Part shown: positions 22,239 through 24,000 of the stretch, in pieces | Position numbering within the stretch: the stretch's first letter is position 1 | How the letters are laid out: each line of letters begins with the position of its first letter | Assembly (NCBI RefSeq): GCF_036864975.1 | Contig: NZ_CP104311.1 | Coordinates: 2,273,513 to 2,297,512 of the forward strand | Reading direction: 5' to 3' | Length of the DNA stretch: 24,000 bases | Origin: Methylococcus capsulatus | Lineage (GTDB): Bacteria; Pseudomonadota; Gammaproteobacteria; Methylococcales; Methylococcaceae | Translations under genes and position numbers: made by a program | The notes under the pieces: generated by a model | What the model was told of the DNA's origin: nothing | What the model saw: the letters and a program-made list of their open reading frames with translations, nothing else | The model's database searches: none

Positions 22239-24000
22239 TCAGGTGCTGGTGTAACGTACGCCGTTACGTCCGTTCTGCTTGACCTGATAAAGGGCGCTGT
22301 CCGCCTTCAGCAGTAGGTCTTTCAGGCTGGCGGCGGACGTGGAGTCCGCCACGCCGATGCTGGCAGTGAGCGGGCGGGGTAGCTCGAGTCCCTGGGGTTG
22401 CCGCTGCTCGATCGCGCTGCGGACGCGCTCGGCGGTCTGGATGGCGGCCGGCCCGTCCGTGTCCGGGGTGATGATCAGAAATTCTTCGCCCCCCATCCGG
22501 CAAACCACGTCACTGGTGCGCACGCTTTCCCGCATGACGCGGGCGGCATGCACGAGCGCTTGGTCCCCTGCGTCGTGGCCGAGAGAGTCGTTGATGGATT
22601 TGAACCAGTCGAGATCGAGCATAATGATACTCAGCGGCCGGCCGAACATACGCGCCTGTGCCCAGCCCTGTTCCAGCCTGTCCATCGCGTAGCGGCGGTT
22701 GGGCAGGCCGGTGAGCTGGTCGGTATTGGCCATGAGTTCCAGGCGGCGGTTCGCGGCGGCCAGTTCCGAGGAGTAGCGTTCGATTTCCTTGCGTTCCCGC
22801 GCGAGCTTCTTGTGGAGGGTGAGGATGCGCTGGCCGGCCCGTATGCGGGCCTTGAGGACCCTGACACTGGGCGGCTTGACGACGTAATCGTCGATGCCCG
22901 CGCCGAAGGCTTCGACCAGCGCATCCTCGCTCTCGTTCGCCGTGAGCATGATGATGTAGACGTTGCTGCCCAGGGCGGACTCCCGCAGCGCCTTGCACAG
23001 TTCCAGGCCGTTCATGGGTTTCATGTGCCAGTCCGTGATCACCATTTCCGGTTCGTGCTCGATGGCGTATGCGAGCGCCGCTTCGCCGTCGCGCCGTGAC
23101 GCGATGTGGTGCCCCTCGGCTTCGAGCTGGCGGGACAGGCGGATGAGCATGATGGGATCGTCGTCGGCGAGCAGGATGTGTAGCCTTTCCTCCACTTGCG
23201 GCCTTCGCCCCGAAAGCTCCGCGTCGCCGGTTTGATCGTCTTCGGCGAGGCCGATCACCCGGGTCCAGTCGAGCCATTCGGCCTGCGGGCCGCGCAGCAG
23301 CTGTGCCAGATCCTCGTCGTCGAGTCCGCATCTTCGCGCTTCCGTCTGCATTACCGGTGACAAGGTCATCCGCCGCGGTTCTTCGGCAAGCTGGTATTCA
23401 GCGATCCGCCGCGCCAGGGCCAGCTGTCGGGCAAAACGGCCGGTGCGGTCGTCATCCCGGAAGTCATCCCGGTGGTTCTGCTCGAGCGCGTCGATGAAAA
23501 CCTGTGGAAATCCCCAGTCCGTCAGGAGCATCCGGGTCAACTCGTCGTGATCGGTGGCGAAGCGCTCCCGTTCCAGGGCGATCAAGGCTTCGCCGTCCGC
23601 TTTCCGCAGGCATTCGCTGTATTCCAGCGGCCAGGCGGTGGCCAGGGCGAGGCGACCGACGTCGGCCAACAAACCCAGCGTGAACGCTTCCTTGGGGGCC
23701 ACAGTCGGTACGCGGGTCGTGATCGACTGGAGCGCAACGGCGCAGGCTAAGGATTTTTGCCAGTAGACGGGATAATCGAATGCCTCGCATCTGCCTTCGC
23801 GATGGGCGTCGATGAGCGAGAGGCTCAGCGCGAACTGGCGGATGGCCTGGAGGCCCAGGAGGCTCATGGCGTCGATCACGCTGACGATGGGGCGGCGCGT
23901 GCCGTGGGCGGGGGCATTGGCGAAACGCAGGATCCGTCCGGTGAGCGCCGGGTCCGTCTGGATCAGCTGGGCCAGCGCCTCCGCCGTGACGTCTTCGCGC
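22239..24000 (-). CDS. mmoQ: HDOD - receiver (REC) - GGDEF response regulator; positional equivalent of mmoQ; N-terminus outside the window
   Basis: The frame stays open past the GTG at 23879 to the window edge (REDVTAEALAQLIQTDPALTGRILRFANAPAHGTRRPIVSVIDAMSLLG... is a typical HDOD N-terminal half). REC domain: LLADDDPIM..., VITDWHMKPMNG, MLTA, VVKP. GGDEF domain with GGEEF (22479-22493) and RTSD I-site (22509-22520). Convergent with mmoG. The symbol is assigned from synteny with Bath and is less certain than the domain call. Confidence 0.8.
   Translation of the reverse strand, partial: REDVTAEALAQLIQTDPALTGRILRFANAPAHGTRRPIVSVIDAMSLLGLQAIRQFALSLSLIDAHREGRCEAFDYPVYWQKSLACAVALQSITTRVPTVAPKEAFTLGLLADVGRLALATAWPLEYSECLRKADGEALIALERERFATDHDELTRMLLTDWGFPQVFIDALEQNHRDDFRDDDRTGRFARQLALARRIAEYQLAEEPRRMTLSPVMQTEARRCGLDDEDLAQLLRGPQAEWLDWTRVIGLAEDDQTGDAELSGRRPQVEERLHILLADDDPIMLIRLSRQLEAEGHHIASRRDGEAALAYAIEHEPEMVITDWHMKPMNGLELCKALRESALGSNVYIIMLTANESEDALVEAFGAGIDDYVVKPPSVRVLKARIRAGQRILTLHKKLARERKEIERYSSELAAANRRLELMANTDQLTGLPNRRYAMDRLEQGWAQARMFGRPLSIIMLDLDWFKSINDSLGHDAGDQALVHAARVMRESVRTSDVVCRMGGEEFLIITPDTDGPAAIQTAERVRSAIEQRQPQGLELPRPLTASIGVADSTSAASLKDLLLKADSALYQVKQNGRNGVRYTST

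Overview
GC-rich chromosomal window that I recognise as the soluble methane monooxygenase (sMMO) locus of a Methylococcus-type gammaproteobacterial methanotroph. On the + strand (14865-22206) lie mmoX-Y-B-Z-D-C, a small unnamed ORF and the GroEL-like mmoG. Convergent to these is the 3' part of an HDOD-REC-GGDEF response regulator in the position of mmoQ (22239 to beyond 24000, - strand). The proteins look very close, but not identical, to my memory of M. capsulatus Bath, so this is probably a related strain or species. Upstream of mmoX is an AT-richer ~430-bp control region. It holds a -24/-12 (sigma-54) promoter, a recurring 7-mer/inverted repeat (candidate enhancer-binding site) and a divergent, translationally coupled DUF4242 + dynamin-like GTPase pair. 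The left half carries a 5'-truncated ferritin-like gene with SCO1/SenC and PCuAC-like copper-chaperone genes (2-1754). It also carries a CI/LexA-like XRE repressor and a small RRM RNA-binding protein on the - strand. The most unusual element is a tightly packed seven-gene + strand cluster (about 3190-12187). A SulP/STAS anion transporter is followed 20 nt later by a six-subunit Hyf/Hyc-like (complex-I-related) membrane module. Its 'large hydrogenase subunit' has no CxxC motif at all, so no NiFe ligands, and the module has no ferredoxin-type subunit. This is an Ehr-type hydrogenase-related complex of unknown function, genetically attached to an anion carrier. I saw no rRNA, tRNA, CRISPR array, transposase or integrase. 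Many long antisense or out-of-frame ORFs in the track are high-GC artefacts.
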